A stretch of 64,000 nucleotides of DNA from positions 51,122-115,121 of the forward strand of contig JAUCBJ010000122.1 of NCBI GenBank assembly GCA_032718475.1, written 5' to 3'. Every line of letters begins with the position of its first letter. Position 1 is the stretch's first letter. The notes under the pieces were generated by a model, which saw only the letters and a list, made by a program, of their open reading frames with translations, made no database searches and had not been told where the DNA came from. The translations under genes were made by a program, and so were the position numbers. Origin of the DNA: Nemertoderma westbladi (Eukaryota > Animalia > Xenacoelomorpha). Positions 1-11,894 of this stretch are shown piece by piece.

Positions 1-152
1 TGTACCAGTGTCGCATTCATTAATATCAGCACAAGATCTACCATCTCCTCTGTATCCCCTTTTGCAATGACAACGTCTTGTTTCATAGTCACACAAAGCA
101 TCTCGATGACAATCATTGTTAGTGGAGCATTCTCCAACAGGTATATCGTTTT
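1..152 (-). CDS. EGF + calcium-binding EGF exon (partial, runs off window); probable downstream exon of the nidogen-like gene
   Basis: Minus strand: acceptor ctaatcttttag| then phase-1 frame (E)NDIPVGECSTNNDCHRDALCDYETRRCHCKRGYRGDGRSCADINECDTGT. EGF Cys spacing and DINEC cbEGF motif. Same layout and phase as exon 13937-13692. Confidence 0.8.
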
Positions 153-969
153 CTAAAAGATTAGCAAAACATTTCTTAGACATGAATCCACTTATATTTT
201 TAAGAATTTAAGCAATAAAATCGAAACTTCTGGCTTCATGGGGACAACAGTCGTGTTTCAAAGAAATAAGATAAAGATTTGTAGATAATTTTGAGGGGGT
301 GTGTGTGTCATCAGAAAATGACACCATTTATGCATCGTAGTGTAAAATAATGCAATGTATGGCAGACGACAACAGAGGAAGCCATAATGTGTTTCGGAAG
401 CCATAATTGCCATAAATACATTTCCCACCAATATGTCAATATTGTTTATGGTGATATATAAGAGAGTGTAGATAACTTTATAGAATGTGTTACAGTTTAG
501 GAAAATTATTTGTATCTACATTTCTCTTCACCATGAATCACTTGCATCAAATATCTATATTTAAATTTTATGGATTTAAAATTATTCATAGCATATGGTT
601 CACCATGGACACCCTATATTATAACTGCATACTTTATACTGCATACATTATAAATTATTTTCCTATTCCATATAGCTACTATTCCATATAAGAAAAGCAT
701 TATCTCAAAATATCAACTTTATCTAATAATCCTAGAATTGAAAACTTGTTATATTATTACACATTCCAACTCGAAGTAATAACATCATAGATCAAAAAAA
801 CAATATCTATATTAATTGCGGATTGTCAGTTATTGTTATTTACAAAGCAGTATTTAGGCAGTACCATACTGATCAGAAGTTACCATACTGATCATTTTTT
901 CAAAATTTGATAAACGGCATAAAAATACAAATATTTCATATTCATTTTTAAAAATAGATAATTGAATGG

Positions 970-1150
970 GAGAATCACTTAGGCTTAAGTTGCCTTGGTT
1001 CCCATTATTTATCGACCAGAGAAGGATGGAAGATTGGGCTAGGCTGCAGCATTTAAAGCACTGTGCCCAAACAGTGTTGCCCCATCTATGGATTGAACCA
1101 GGGTTTTCCTAATGGGAAGTCCAGGAATGTCACCACTAGACCAAGCTGTT
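970..1150 (-). mobile_element. tRNA-derived SINE
   Basis: Minus strand has A-box-like TGGTCTAGTGG, B-box-like GGTTCAATCC, then a core CTTCCATCCTT..GGTCGATAAAT resembling the copy at ~18.9 kb. Boundaries approximate. Confidence 0.6.
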
Positions 1151-1254
1151 GCTGCATCTAAATATAGATAATAAGAATAATGCAATAAATAATATCCATT
1201 GTAAAAAGATAATTCTTTGCCTCGGCTGTTCTAGTATCAATCTTGGTGGGACCA

Positions 1255-1365
1255 ATGAGACACATCCAATGCTGTAAAGGGTGTTGCTGTGTTGGAGATG
1301 TGTCACATTGTAATTGATACAGTGTATCCGACACAGCATTCTTAGTTATGTGCCATCCGGAGATT
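1255..1365 (-). mobile_element. Diverged RTE-type LINE fragment
   Basis: aatgagacacatccaatg...ttggagatgtgt...gcattctt...tgtgccatccggagattt matches the RTE copies at 5.9 kb and 32.0 kb. Confidence 0.6.
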
Positions 1366-2077
1366 TAAGAGTTATATTCGTGTTCAGCATCACGGAAAAC
1401 CCGTGACAAAATTTGAGGACTCTGACTCCGACTCTGATGAAAAAAAAATTGAGACTCAGACTCCAGCAAGTTTCTGATACCAAGCAGAATTTTTCCCAAA
1501 AGTATTTTTTTTAATTGAAAAAATTATCTAATGTAATAATAACTTAATTAATTTAAACTTCCTTTATTAATGAACCGGTACTGGTATTGCAGTGACTGTC
1601 ATTAGTGTCATAATTCCATGTCAGTCTCACTGCTGCCCTACAGGGAAGCAGCCTGTAGGGCAGAGTGAGACTGACATGGAATCAGGAAATTTCTTTAAAT
1701 CAGTATGAAGTGTGGAAGAGTGAATGCAGGTTAAATCTGATGACCGAAACAACAATAATGTACTACTGTGTACTGTAAGGTAGTAAATAACATGTGTTGG
1801 CAAGCTGTGTTTTTCGAGGTGTTTGTTATTATACATTTATTATAGGAAGGGATCTAGGGGTCTTAACCTCCAATGATAAGTTTATTTTACCGAAAATAAT
1901 TTATCTTTTATTGACGCAATTGTAGGACTAATCCCATCACATGAGTACTTTTTAACCGTGGTAGTGTACAAATTTAGTTGATCTCTCTTGTTGAGCGTAT
2001 CTCTCAAGTTGATTTTTTAAATTTATGGAATAACAATAAGATATTATATTTCGTATTTTGCTGTCAAATGCTAGATT

Positions 2078-3385
2078 ATGATAGATAATCATAATGCAGC
2101 CCCAATTAACACAAGCAGAAATTGCACAATTCCAAATCGCCATCTAAATGGCTGGAGACTTTATATATTAGTGGCCATGTTGCTGTTGTATCAAATGATA
2201 CCGGGTTGGTGTCAGAATCTATTAGAGCCATTCTTTCCAATTGTAGTGGAAGAACGTGGTTGGTCAAAGACACTGATTGGTGCATTACTGTCTGTATTTT
2301 CTGCTGTCAGAGTTGTAATCTACATTAGTTGCCCTCACTCTATTAATAATTGGGGAACTCATATCTCTTTCGGCCTATTCGGTATCATTGGTGCCATTTC
2401 TCAGTTATCATTTGGGTTCGTAAAATATATTCCCAATCATAACAACGGACTCTATTTATTCGCATGTTTTTCACTTCGCATCATCGAAGCTGTTGGACTC
2501 AACATTAGTTACATATATTCATTCAGTCTATTAATGGAATTGTGGCCAACACAAAGAACTTTATTGGCTAGTCTAGCAGTTGTTATTGGAAACCTAGGAT
2601 ATATGGTTGCACCAGTTTTTGGGTCCATGGGTTATGCTGCACTGGGTTTTGATTTCCCATTTATTATGTCGGGTTTGATGTTTCTCATTATTGTCCTTTA
2701 CTGCTGTATAGAGTCACCAGCTTATCTTCATGACAGATATAGATCAAAAGAAGTCAGACCAACTTATATTGGAATTCTAAAGAATCCAGCCATTTCCGTT
2801 ATATTTATTTTGAGCATATGCTCCAGAATGCTCTCATCATTTATGGTTGCGAACTATGCTGCCTACATTCACCACACCTACAAAATGAACCAATACAACA
2901 TTGGTAAGATTTATATGATTTATCCAGGTGTTCTAACACCCACTGGCTTACTAATGAGCTTAATGTTGAAGAAGTTGAAGCATACAATTGTGCCAACTGT
3001 ATTTGGAGCAATGGTACTGGCAGTGTCGATGCAACTAATAGGCCCTACAGAACTACTGGGTTTACCTCATTATCTCCCAATCTCTCTCACTGGATGTGCT
3101 CTTCTGGGATTTGGGGCTGGAGTATTTCAAACCCCTGCTTTAGAAACCCAAACACAACTATCTGTGAATGTTTGTGGGTATTCTGATAATGTCGATACAA
3201 GATCTCTTCTCCAACAAATGTATAGAATATCAACGTCAATTGCAGTTATCATGGGTCCCCTCCTCGGTGGATTCATCAATGATTATATTGGAGTGCAAGC
3301 CGCATGTTCGCTTCTAAGCCTGTTGGGGTTACCTTTTCTTTTATCTTTGATAGCTTTGTATGCTTTTAATTATCGTGTTAGCTAG
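2078..3385 (+). CDS. MFS transporter, SLC18B1-like, intronless (paralog A)
   Basis: 435-aa ORF with about 12 hydrophobic segments in two halves. Motifs LLEPFFPIVVEERGWS, GYMVAPVFGSMGYAALGFDFPF and GPLLGGFINDYIG are typical of SLC18B1-type MFS. Clear paralog of the ORFs at 54.8 and 61.9 kb. Confidence 0.85.
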   Translation: MIDNHNAAPINTSRNCTIPNRHLNGWRLYILVAMLLLYQMIPGWCQNLLEPFFPIVVEERGWSKTLIGALLSVFSAVRVVIYISCPHSINNWGTHISFGLFGIIGAISQLSFGFVKYIPNHNNGLYLFACFSLRIIEAVGLNISYIYSFSLLMELWPTQRTLLASLAVVIGNLGYMVAPVFGSMGYAALGFDFPFIMSGLMFLIIVLYCCIESPAYLHDRYRSKEVRPTYIGILKNPAISVIFILSICSRMLSSFMVANYAAYIHHTYKMNQYNIGKIYMIYPGVLTPTGLLMSLMLKKLKHTIVPTVFGAMVLAVSMQLIGPTELLGLPHYLPISLTGCALLGFGAGVFQTPALETQTQLSVNVCGYSDNVDTRSLLQQMYRISTSIAVIMGPLLGGFINDYIGVQAACSLLSLLGLPFLLSLIALYAFNYRVS

Positions 3386-5551
3386 GTCTCAGCTAGGTTT
3401 TAGATAGATGTATCTTGCGGTTTGTGTATTAACATTAGTTGATTAATATTTGGTTTTGTATTGTGGTGTTTTAATTATTTAAAACTGAAACTAGGGAAAA
3501 CTAAAAGGAGACTGGACCTAGACATTGCATACAATCAGCGATAAGCTGCTGAAGGCATTAACTAACCACTGGGAAGTAGCACAACAACCTTGTGCCAATC
3601 ATGTTTATGTTTATTGATGACTGGCTTCTATGTCCATAGATAAAACATTTTAAGCTTTCACAAAACAGGGTGTATTGTATGTCATCTCATTACTTTGTGA
3701 TGTTGTAATGTTCATGTAGTTGAAGTCAGTATGTCAGCCAATATGTATTGGGCTCTCAGCAGTATGTTGTGATATAGTTGTACAGTTTAACCCTGTTCGC
3801 TTCCATCTTTGGATGTCCCTTATTGTCCCTAATGCATTTAAACAAGAGTTGGAAAGTGTGTCCCTATTTCAAGACGGATGGGATAATGAATAAACAATGT
3901 TATAAGCAAGAATATTTCAGAGATGGATGAAACTGGTACAGTTTAGTTGGTTGTGAAAACAAACCAAACTGGCTGTGTGCCAGAACTGGCTGCTATCAGA
4001 CCATCTACCTTTGGAACAAACAAGTCGGATTCCTGATATCGGTACTCAAACTTACAAATGTTGGGCCTGACATCTTCACCAACAGCATGGTCCACTTGCA
4101 CGTCCTTGCTTGGTGCAACCCATAGACCTACTGCTCGCTCATGGCATTCATTGACAGCAATCCACACATTAAACTGTGACAGAAAGATGCTGGCAAATAT
4201 GGGCAACAATGGGGATCACATAGTGACAATCATCTTTTGTTGGCCTTTTAAGAATGCCTGCAGTTGAGGGAGAAACCTACCAATCACGCAACGTGGACCA
4301 ACCACAGTTTCTATAAAAAGGTTGTAGGGTATACCAAGGTTTTGTTTAATGTTTTACAAATAAACAAACGTACCTTTCTACGGGAAATCGTAAATAATAT
4401 TTCTTTAAATTTTGCAGGTAGCTGTAGCAACCATTTGGACATGATAAAAAATAAAAATAAATTTGTTTACAGCGATTTTTAAACAATGACCGGTTTTTTT
4501 TAATAAAACTCGAAAATTCAACAACTGTTTTCATTATAACTTCTTAAGAAAGCAACCAACCTAAAAAAAATTATAGTTCAGAAAAGCACAATCAATGATG
4601 GGAACATTTCCTGAAAATTTCATGAGATTTCATCTGGTAGTTCCGTTGTGATTTTAAATGTACCTTTATGTCTAAAAAAACACAAAAAATGCTTTTATAA
4701 AAAAAGCCTTTCAAAGTTTTCAAACTATGCTGGTGGCTGGTCAAAAATAAGAAGTACACCATCTGGCTAAAATTTTCATTATGTGGGTTTTCCAGGTCGT
4801 TGATTTCATTTCCGCTGTTATTTTTTGCGTTAGACCTACTATAGACTCTGTCTGTCTGTCTGTTTCAATATAAGAAAGTTGACGACCTAAACTTAAAATT
4901 TAACGCTATGGAGGTTTCTTTGGCCGGGGATTTCATTATCGATGTCAGATATCATGTTTGACTTCATTTGGACTGTATGCAAGGAGTCTGTCTTTCCTTT
5001 TGACTGTCTGATGCCAGTCTGTCACAAAGTAAGCAAACAAAACCGTCAAAATATATGTTTTTCAATGGGTATTTTCCTGGTCAGTGATTTTTGTAATGTT
5101 AGTTTTTGTGCGTCCAAATTTTTGACAGACACCCACAGACAAACTGACATACATACATACAGGCAGTCTAAATACCAACAAACATTAAAGCTGACATCAG
5201 AAATGAAATAAACACCCAGAAAACCCTACACAATGATTATTTTACCTAAGTGCTGTGCTTCATTTTATATTTGACTGACAATGAACTGACAATCCAGAGA
5301 CAAAAAGACCCACAGATTTCGACAAATGTTAAAACTAACATTGGTAATAATAATCTTTGGGGTAGGAAAACCCCCATAACAAGCTAAACTTATATTCATG
5401 TTGTGTGCTTCCTACATTTTTACTCACAGTCAGGTAAACTGGCAGGCAGACAGACAGACATTCAGACAGTAAGTGATTATGCTATAACTTGACAATTACA
5501 ATTTCTGAAATCTTTACAGAAAGAATTTCCCGCACATTATACGAGTGCGTC

Positions 5552-5992
5552 CCTACTACTACTACTAGGATCGGCATGCTGCATTGCAGCTGCATTTTTA
5601 AGAATGCTGTGCCGGCTTGTCGACAAAATTGCGCCGCCACAACTCCCTATCACCCATGACATTTGCTAGATATCCGCATCTTCAAGGCCAGTGTCCTTTA
5701 AGATGCGTCTCAAGAGAGTCATGGGCTGTCCACCATGCTTATTCACTCCATGAGGCTGCCAAAGTACAAGATTATGCACTGGCTGGTCCTCACGGCGAAA
5801 GCAATGTCCTGCAAAGCGGAGGCGATTTTGTTCTAGTGTCAAGCTTTGGGAACCAATGAGACACCTCCAATGTTATATAGTGCCTGGTTGGAGATGTGTG
5901 CATTGTACTTGACACAATGAACCCGGCGTAGCATTCTTGTGAATGTGCCATCCAGAGATTTGGTGTCCTCAGCAGTTAGAGCCCAGCATGGA
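5552..5992 (-). mobile_element. RTE-type LINE 3' fragment with (TAG)n tail
   Basis: Encodes DGTFTRMLRRVHCVKYNAHISNQ..RLRFAGHCFRR as in the RT-bearing copy at 31.7-32.9 kb. Ends in gccgatcctagtagtagtag. Confidence 0.85.
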
Positions 5993-6289
5993 ACGTAGAT
6001 TACAACAACATGTCGATTCCATAAATAAAGATAAATTATTACAAACTTGCTAATCAGATTCCAATTGTAACTTATTCTCAGTAATAAATAAACCTACGAG
6101 CTAATAAATCTAATAGTTGCAGTTCTATGTTGATGGTGTAAATAATGATATAGCTATTGTCAATCACTCAGTCAGGCTCAGATTCGTCCTTAGTCGACTA
6201 TAAAGTAAATGAAGTGTTGAAAAATTATGATAGGAGTAACACCATCAATAGACTGTGATTATATTACTCCACAGTTAGTCACGTTTTGA

Positions 6290-6500
6290 ACTAATTAAAG
6301 CCAGCTAAAGCGGACATGGAATCTGTATTTAACTCTGACTGCCTTAAAAATGCAAATAATGATTTATAATGGCTTGTCCTTTTAGCTCGTTTTTGGTGCA
6401 TGGCTCTATTGGCTACGTGCCATTGTTTCTTTTGAAATTTGCATTAATTCCTTTAGTCAAAGATAAATTAGGTAGTTTTTCAAACTCATATAATTACCGT
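6290..6500 (+). mobile_element. Degenerate LINE reverse transcriptase fragment (also in copy 2, ~11100-11305)
   Basis: ALIPLVKDKLGSFSNSYNYR resembles the conserved IPxxK..G..S...NYRPI motif that precedes LINE RT domains. Confidence 0.55.
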
Positions 6501-6651
6501 TTATTGTTTTCTAAAACAGCCTGTCATATGTGTCGTTTCTATAGGTCACTTGATTTTACATACTGGGCCTCGACCTAAATTATTTGCTACAATAGACTAG
6601 GAAGCATGGGGATTTTGCTAGCTATGTCAGCTTTGGTAGCAGGTGCCTTAA

Positions 6652-9420
6652 CCCTTTAACTTTCACTACAAGAAGGCCTTGTCCAAAAAATCTGAAAATT
6701 GTATGGTTTGATACTTATTGTCCATGGATCCTAAAACTGAAAAAAAATTTTTATCTTTAGTAGTTTTCAAGATATCAAATGTATCCATATGGACACGAAT
6801 GCATTCAATGCTGGTCAAAAATTTAAAAAATAAAATATAAAGAACTCAAAATAATGTGATTAGCTGTCTTTACTTTATTAAGTCCAAATTGCATAGTAGT
6901 AGTCTTTATACATGCAGGTACGAGCATATCAATGCAATGCATACAAATTATAGACATATCGAACATACAACTTTATTTGGCATGGAAAAGGAGGAAACAG
7001 TTTCTGTTCTCATTAAAGCAGAGATGTACCTTGCATTTGCTGCACAACATTCTGGATTGCCCTTTCGTGCAAAGTTTGCAGCGACCTTTCTGGCCATGAA
7101 CTGGCCAGTGGTCAAGAGAATCGAAACGAGAGTCTGAAGGCGGAGCACGTTCTATTTGCCGTATCGGCTTCACTTCAACAGCATTCCTCAAGATCTCTAG
7201 AGATGGGCGACCACGACGTGTCATCTTGTTAGCTGTCTGTAGTGATTCCGCAAATATCCGCTTGAACTTCTTGAATGGCATATGTTTCGACTTCTTGTCA
7301 TAGATCTCTAGGTCACGACGGTATAACAGCCAAGCATTAGAACAACACTTATCAATAAGCTGAGCAAAAATAGGGAGATACCACCTTCGTGCCTTGGATC
7401 TGGATCGATACAAAGCAATCAACATGTCCGCAAGATCGACTCCGCCCATATGTGTATTGTATACACCAACTATAGCGGGACATGGAATTTCTTCTTTCTC
7501 CTTTGTCTTTTTATTGTACCTCTTAGCAACACCCATTGGCTCAGTTACAACAAATGTACTCGCCAGCGTGACCATTTTGTTGTCGTACCAACTAACAACT
7601 TGCACACAGTTCGCTGTGTCAACAAGGGAATCTACAGCACCTCGAGGTTGTTTCGACATCTCTTTCTCAGCTAGAAGAGGACAGTATGGTAACCGACGTC
7701 TTAGGATGGTACAAACAGCATGTATATCCAACTGTTTCACGAGATATTGAAGAAGATCAACACTGGCAAAGTAATTGTCAAAAAATACTTCTGGCCTGAG
7801 TCCAACAGGGATGGAACGGCAAAGGTAGATGACTACCTTAGCGCCAAAACCTAGGTGTTCTTCTACCTCATTGAATGTGCCATCATCAAATGTGGATGAT
7901 CCACAGTACATAAAATAATCATATACTACACCACTGACACCACATCTTACGAAGAATTTGAATCCCCACTTTCGAGGTTTGATTTTGACATATTGCCGAA
8001 GATTACCTGCCATGCCTCCCTTGTATGGAATCATCATCTCGTCTATTGATGATCTAGGTTCTTGACCTATTGACAGAAAGTTCATTCTCATCAAATCTAA
8101 CAGTGGTTTTATTTTAAATAGATGGTGTTCCTCTTCCTTCGACTTAGCCTTAGAATTATCATTGAAGTGAAGATTTGTTTGGATCTTCAGAAATCTTCGA
8201 TAAGACATAATATCCGATATGGATGGGACCTTAGTGACACCATTCCAATAGTCCTGATAGCGACTCTGATAAATCAAACCCATCATTATCTTTATGGAGA
8301 CAAAATCTTTCAATTCGTCAGGAGTAAGATTCAAAGGATGTAGTGTCATCTGAAAGCAGTATAAATTCGATTGAAAACAAATCAACTGAATAACAGCATC
8401 TGTAAAGAACATTGAGAAGTACTTCAAGGGTGTCTGAACTTCATCAATATCTTTAATGATGACTTTACAGGGTTCCTTATCTGGCAGTTGACATCGAATT
8501 CCCCGTCTCCATGTGAACTTACGTCTTTCAGCTTCTTTTATATCCTTTTTCGAAGCTTTAGGTGGCTGTTGTGGCATTTGTTTTTTTTTCTTGTGGGATA
8601 CCAGGTCCACAGAGCTGTCAATTTTAGTTCGTTTTGGTTCTAAGTAATGCGAAAGCGGCTCACAGTCATCATCTAATTCATAATCAGGCACATTGACACA
8701 TTCTAACTCTGGAATGTCATCACTATCCGAAGGAGACCTGATGTCAATATCAAGTGTCTCAATCTCCAAGTTCTCCAAAATATCCTCTGCAGTCTCCTCA
8801 TCGCTGCCTTCACTACCAGAATCGAGACCATTGGCTGGAATCACTACTTCGAAATCATCATGTTCGTTTAGTCGATTGCTTCCGTAAAAGCTTCGGATAT
8901 TTATTGGCTGTCGTATTGTTTGCCTGTCGATAGGTGGATGTGATCGCGAAGATGTAGGCTGTAGTTGTATATTGAATAAACTATTGGCCATAACGTCAAT
9001 GCAATAATAATTCACAATAACAATAATACAGAAATAGGTCAATACAGTATGATAAATTTGAACTAAGTCATTATACGTTTCCTTGTAATAATAGATTACT
9101 GTAATTAATTAGGTCTACAGTATAACAGTACAGTAGCTGGGAACCCCGGCTCTAATTACTTAATCTCTGATTCAATTTATGCCCTTATGCTAGTACGCAA
9201 ATGTGCATCTGGCCACATGGTATTAGGAAACTAATAAAATTTGAAACTAAACCAAATAATTATAAAATAATGAATAAATAAAAGAAACGAATTTCTCACT
9301 ACCTGTACCGTAAATATTACTTGTACTACTACTGCTACTGTTACAAGTAAGACTACTTGACTATGTTACTAAAAAATATGTGACACAAAGCACATTTGTC
9401 GCCATATGGATACATGGATC
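6652..9420 (-). mobile_element. piggyBac transposon with one intact end
   Basis: TTAA (6648-6651) followed by CCCTTT terminus. A 14-bp subterminal inverted repeat lies at 6779-6792 / 9402-9415. The empty TTAA site is seen in copy 2 (11454-11457). No AAAGGG-TTAA opposite end was found. Confidence 0.85.
6973..9042 (-). CDS. piggyBac (PGBD-type) transposase, intact ORF; likely ATG at 8991
   Basis: DDD motifs SIDEMMIPYKG, FFDNYF and MGGVDLAD, plus KPRKWGFK, an acidic N-terminus and a C-terminal Cys-rich domain CKLC..CSKCKVHLC..CF. Confidence 0.95.
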   Translation of the reverse strand: MTYFCIIVIVNYYCIDVMANSLFNIQLQPTSSRSHPPIDRQTIRQPINIRSFYGSNRLNEHDDFEVVIPANGLDSGSEGSDEETAEDILENLEIETLDIDIRSPSDSDDIPELECVNVPDYELDDDCEPLSHYLEPKRTKIDSSVDLVSHKKKKQMPQQPPKASKKDIKEAERRKFTWRRGIRCQLPDKEPCKVIIKDIDEVQTPLKYFSMFFTDAVIQLICFQSNLYCFQMTLHPLNLTPDELKDFVSIKIMMGLIYQSRYQDYWNGVTKVPSISDIMSYRRFLKIQTNLHFNDNSKAKSKEEEHHLFKIKPLLDLMRMNFLSIGQEPRSSIDEMMIPYKGGMAGNLRQYVKIKPRKWGFKFFVRCGVSGVVYDYFMYCGSSTFDDGTFNEVEEHLGFGAKVVIYLCRSIPVGLRPEVFFDNYFASVDLLQYLVKQLDIHAVCTILRRRLPYCPLLAEKEMSKQPRGAVDSLVDTANCVQVVSWYDNKMVTLASTFVVTEPMGVAKRYNKKTKEKEEIPCPAIVGVYNTHMGGVDLADMLIALYRSRSKARRWYLPIFAQLIDKCCSNAWLLYRRDLEIYDKKSKHMPFKKFKRIFAESLQTANKMTRRGRPSLEILRNAVEVKPIRQIERAPPSDSRFDSLDHWPVHGQKGRCKLCTKGQSRMLCSKCKVHLCFNENRNCFLLFHAK

Positions 9421-9423
9421 ATG

Positions 9424-11457
9424 ATGATGGGAACATTTCCTGAAAATTTCATGAGATTTCATCTGGTAGTTCCGTTGTGATTTGAAATGTACCTTTATGT
9501 TTAAAAAAACACAAAAAATGGTTTTATAGAAAAAGCCAGTGAAAGTTTTCAAACTATGCTGGTGGCTGGTCAAAAATAAAAAAGTACACCATCTGGCTAA
9601 AATTTTCATTTTCATTTTCTAAAATTTCCGCTGTTAGTTTTCGCGTTAGACCTACTATAGACTCTGTCTGTCTGTTTCAGTATAAGCAAGTTGACGACCT
9701 AAACTTAAATTTTAACGCTATGAAGGTTTCTTTGCCGGGGATTTCATTATCGATGTCAGATATCATGTTTGACTTCATTTGGACTGTATGCAACTGAGTC
9801 TGTCTTTCCTTTTGTCTGTCTGATGCCAGTCTGTCACAAAATAAGCAAACAAAACCGTCAAAATATATGTTTTTCAATGGGTATTTTCCTGGTCAGTGAT
9901 TTTTGTAATGTTAGTTTTTGTGCGTCCAAATTTTTGACAGACACCCACAGACAAACTGACATACATACATACAGGCAGTCTAAATACCAACAAACATTAA
10001 AGCTGACATCAGAAATGAAATAAACACCCAGAAAACCCTACACAATGATTATTTTACCTAAGTGCTGTGCTTCATTTTATATTTGACTGACAATGAACTG
10101 ACAATCCAGAGACAAAAAGACCCACAGATTTCGACAAATGTTAAAACTAACATTGGTAATAATAATCTTTGGGGTAGAAAACCCCCATAACAAGCTAAAC
10201 TTATATTCATGTTGTGTGCTTCCTACATTTTTACTCAGTCAGGTAAACTGGCAGGCAGACAGACATTCAGACAGTAAGTGATTATGCTATAACTTGACAA
10301 TTACAATTTCTGAAATCTTTACAGAAAGAATTTCCCGCACATTATACGAATGCGTCCCTACTACTACTACTAGGATCGGCATGCTACATTGCAGCTGCAT
10401 TTTTAAGAATGCTGTGCCGGCTTGTCGACAAAATTGCGCCACCACAACTCCCTATCACCCATGACATTTGCTAGATATCCGCATCTTCAAGGCCAGTGTC
10501 CTTTAAGATGCGTCTCAAGAAAGTCATGGGCTGTCCACCATGCTTATTCACTTCATGAGGTTGCCAAAGTACAAGATTATGTACTGGCTGGTCCTCACGG
10601 CAAAAGCAACGTCCTACAAAGCGGGGGCGATTTTATTCTAGTGTCAAGCTTGGGGAACCAATGAGACACCTCCAATGTTATATAGTGCCTGATTGGAGAT
10701 GTGTGCATTGTACCTGACACAATGAACCCGGCGTAGCATTCTTGTGAATGTGCCATCCAGAGATTTGGTGTCCTCAGCAGTTAGAGCCCAGCATGGAACG
10801 TAGATTACAACGACATGTCGATTCCATAAATAAAGATAAATTATTACAAGCTTGCTAATCAGATTCCAATTGTAACTTATTCTCAGTAATAAATAAACCT
10901 ACGAGCTAATAAATCTAATAGTTGCAGTTCTATGTTGATTGTGTAAATAATGATATAGCTATTATCAATCACTCAGTCAGGCTCAGATACGTCCTTAGTC
11001 GACTATAAAGTAAATGAAGTGTTGAAAAATTATGATAGGAGTAACACCATCAATAGACTGTGGATTATATTACTCCACAGTTAGTCACGTTTTGAACTAA
11101 TTAAAGCCAGCTAAAGCGGACATGGAATCTGTATTTAACTCTGACTGCCTTAAAAATGCAAATAATGATTTATAATGGCTTGTCTTTTTAGCTCGTTTTT
11201 GGTGCATGGCTCTATTGGCTACGTGCCATTGTTTCTTTTGAAATTTGCATTAATTCCTTTAGTCAAAGATAAATTAGGTAGTTTTTCAAACTCCTATAAT
11301 TACCGTTTATTGTTTTCTAAAACAGCCTGTCATATGTGTCGTTTCTATAGGTCACTTGATTTTACATACTGGGCCTCGACCTAAATTATTTGCTACAATA
11401 GACTAGGAAGCACGGGAATTTTGCTAGCTATGTCAGCTTTGGTAGCAGGTGCCTTAA
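9424..11457 (+). repeat. ~2.05 kb direct duplication, copy 2 (includes RTE fragment ~10358-10796)
   Basis: Matches 4595-6651 and continues past TTAA into non-transposon sequence (gccTTAAgag). Confidence 0.95.
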
Positions 11458-11894
11458 GAGCCGGTTTCATAAGTGCAGTTGTCTTAAGAACAGATGTCAT
11501 AAGAAAAGATGTGATAAGAGCTGCCGTCGTCATAAGAACTGAATGCTTAATTATTAACATCAATATTAAAATGCTTATTGTTATGGTTATTGATTTACTT
11601 AATATCCATTCCATGTATCTATCCAGCAGCCTTAAATCTCAGAACATTAAATTTGAATGGTATTTCAAATTATACAGGGGTTCCATATAAAAGGTGTATG
11701 GTGAAGTATCACTCAGAAAAGTTATTATTCAAGTTTCAAGTAAAAATTGTTTCTACTCTTATGACACTCTCTGCAATTTCTGCTCTTAGGACACTCTATA
11801 CCATATCCATTTCCATATCCCATTGCTCATTATACATTAACACGTCCGTGGGGCCTTTGCGCAACACGAGGCTCAGTTATGAGATACAAATTAA

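Larger units (their letters stand above)
4595..6651 (+). repeat. ~2.05 kb direct duplication, copy 1 (copy 2 at 9424-11457)
   Basis: Near-identical sequence from atgatgggaacatttcc to aggtgccTTAA in both places, with scattered SNPs and indels. The ORF track shows matching ORFs (5617/10422, 6369/11175). Confidence 0.95.
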
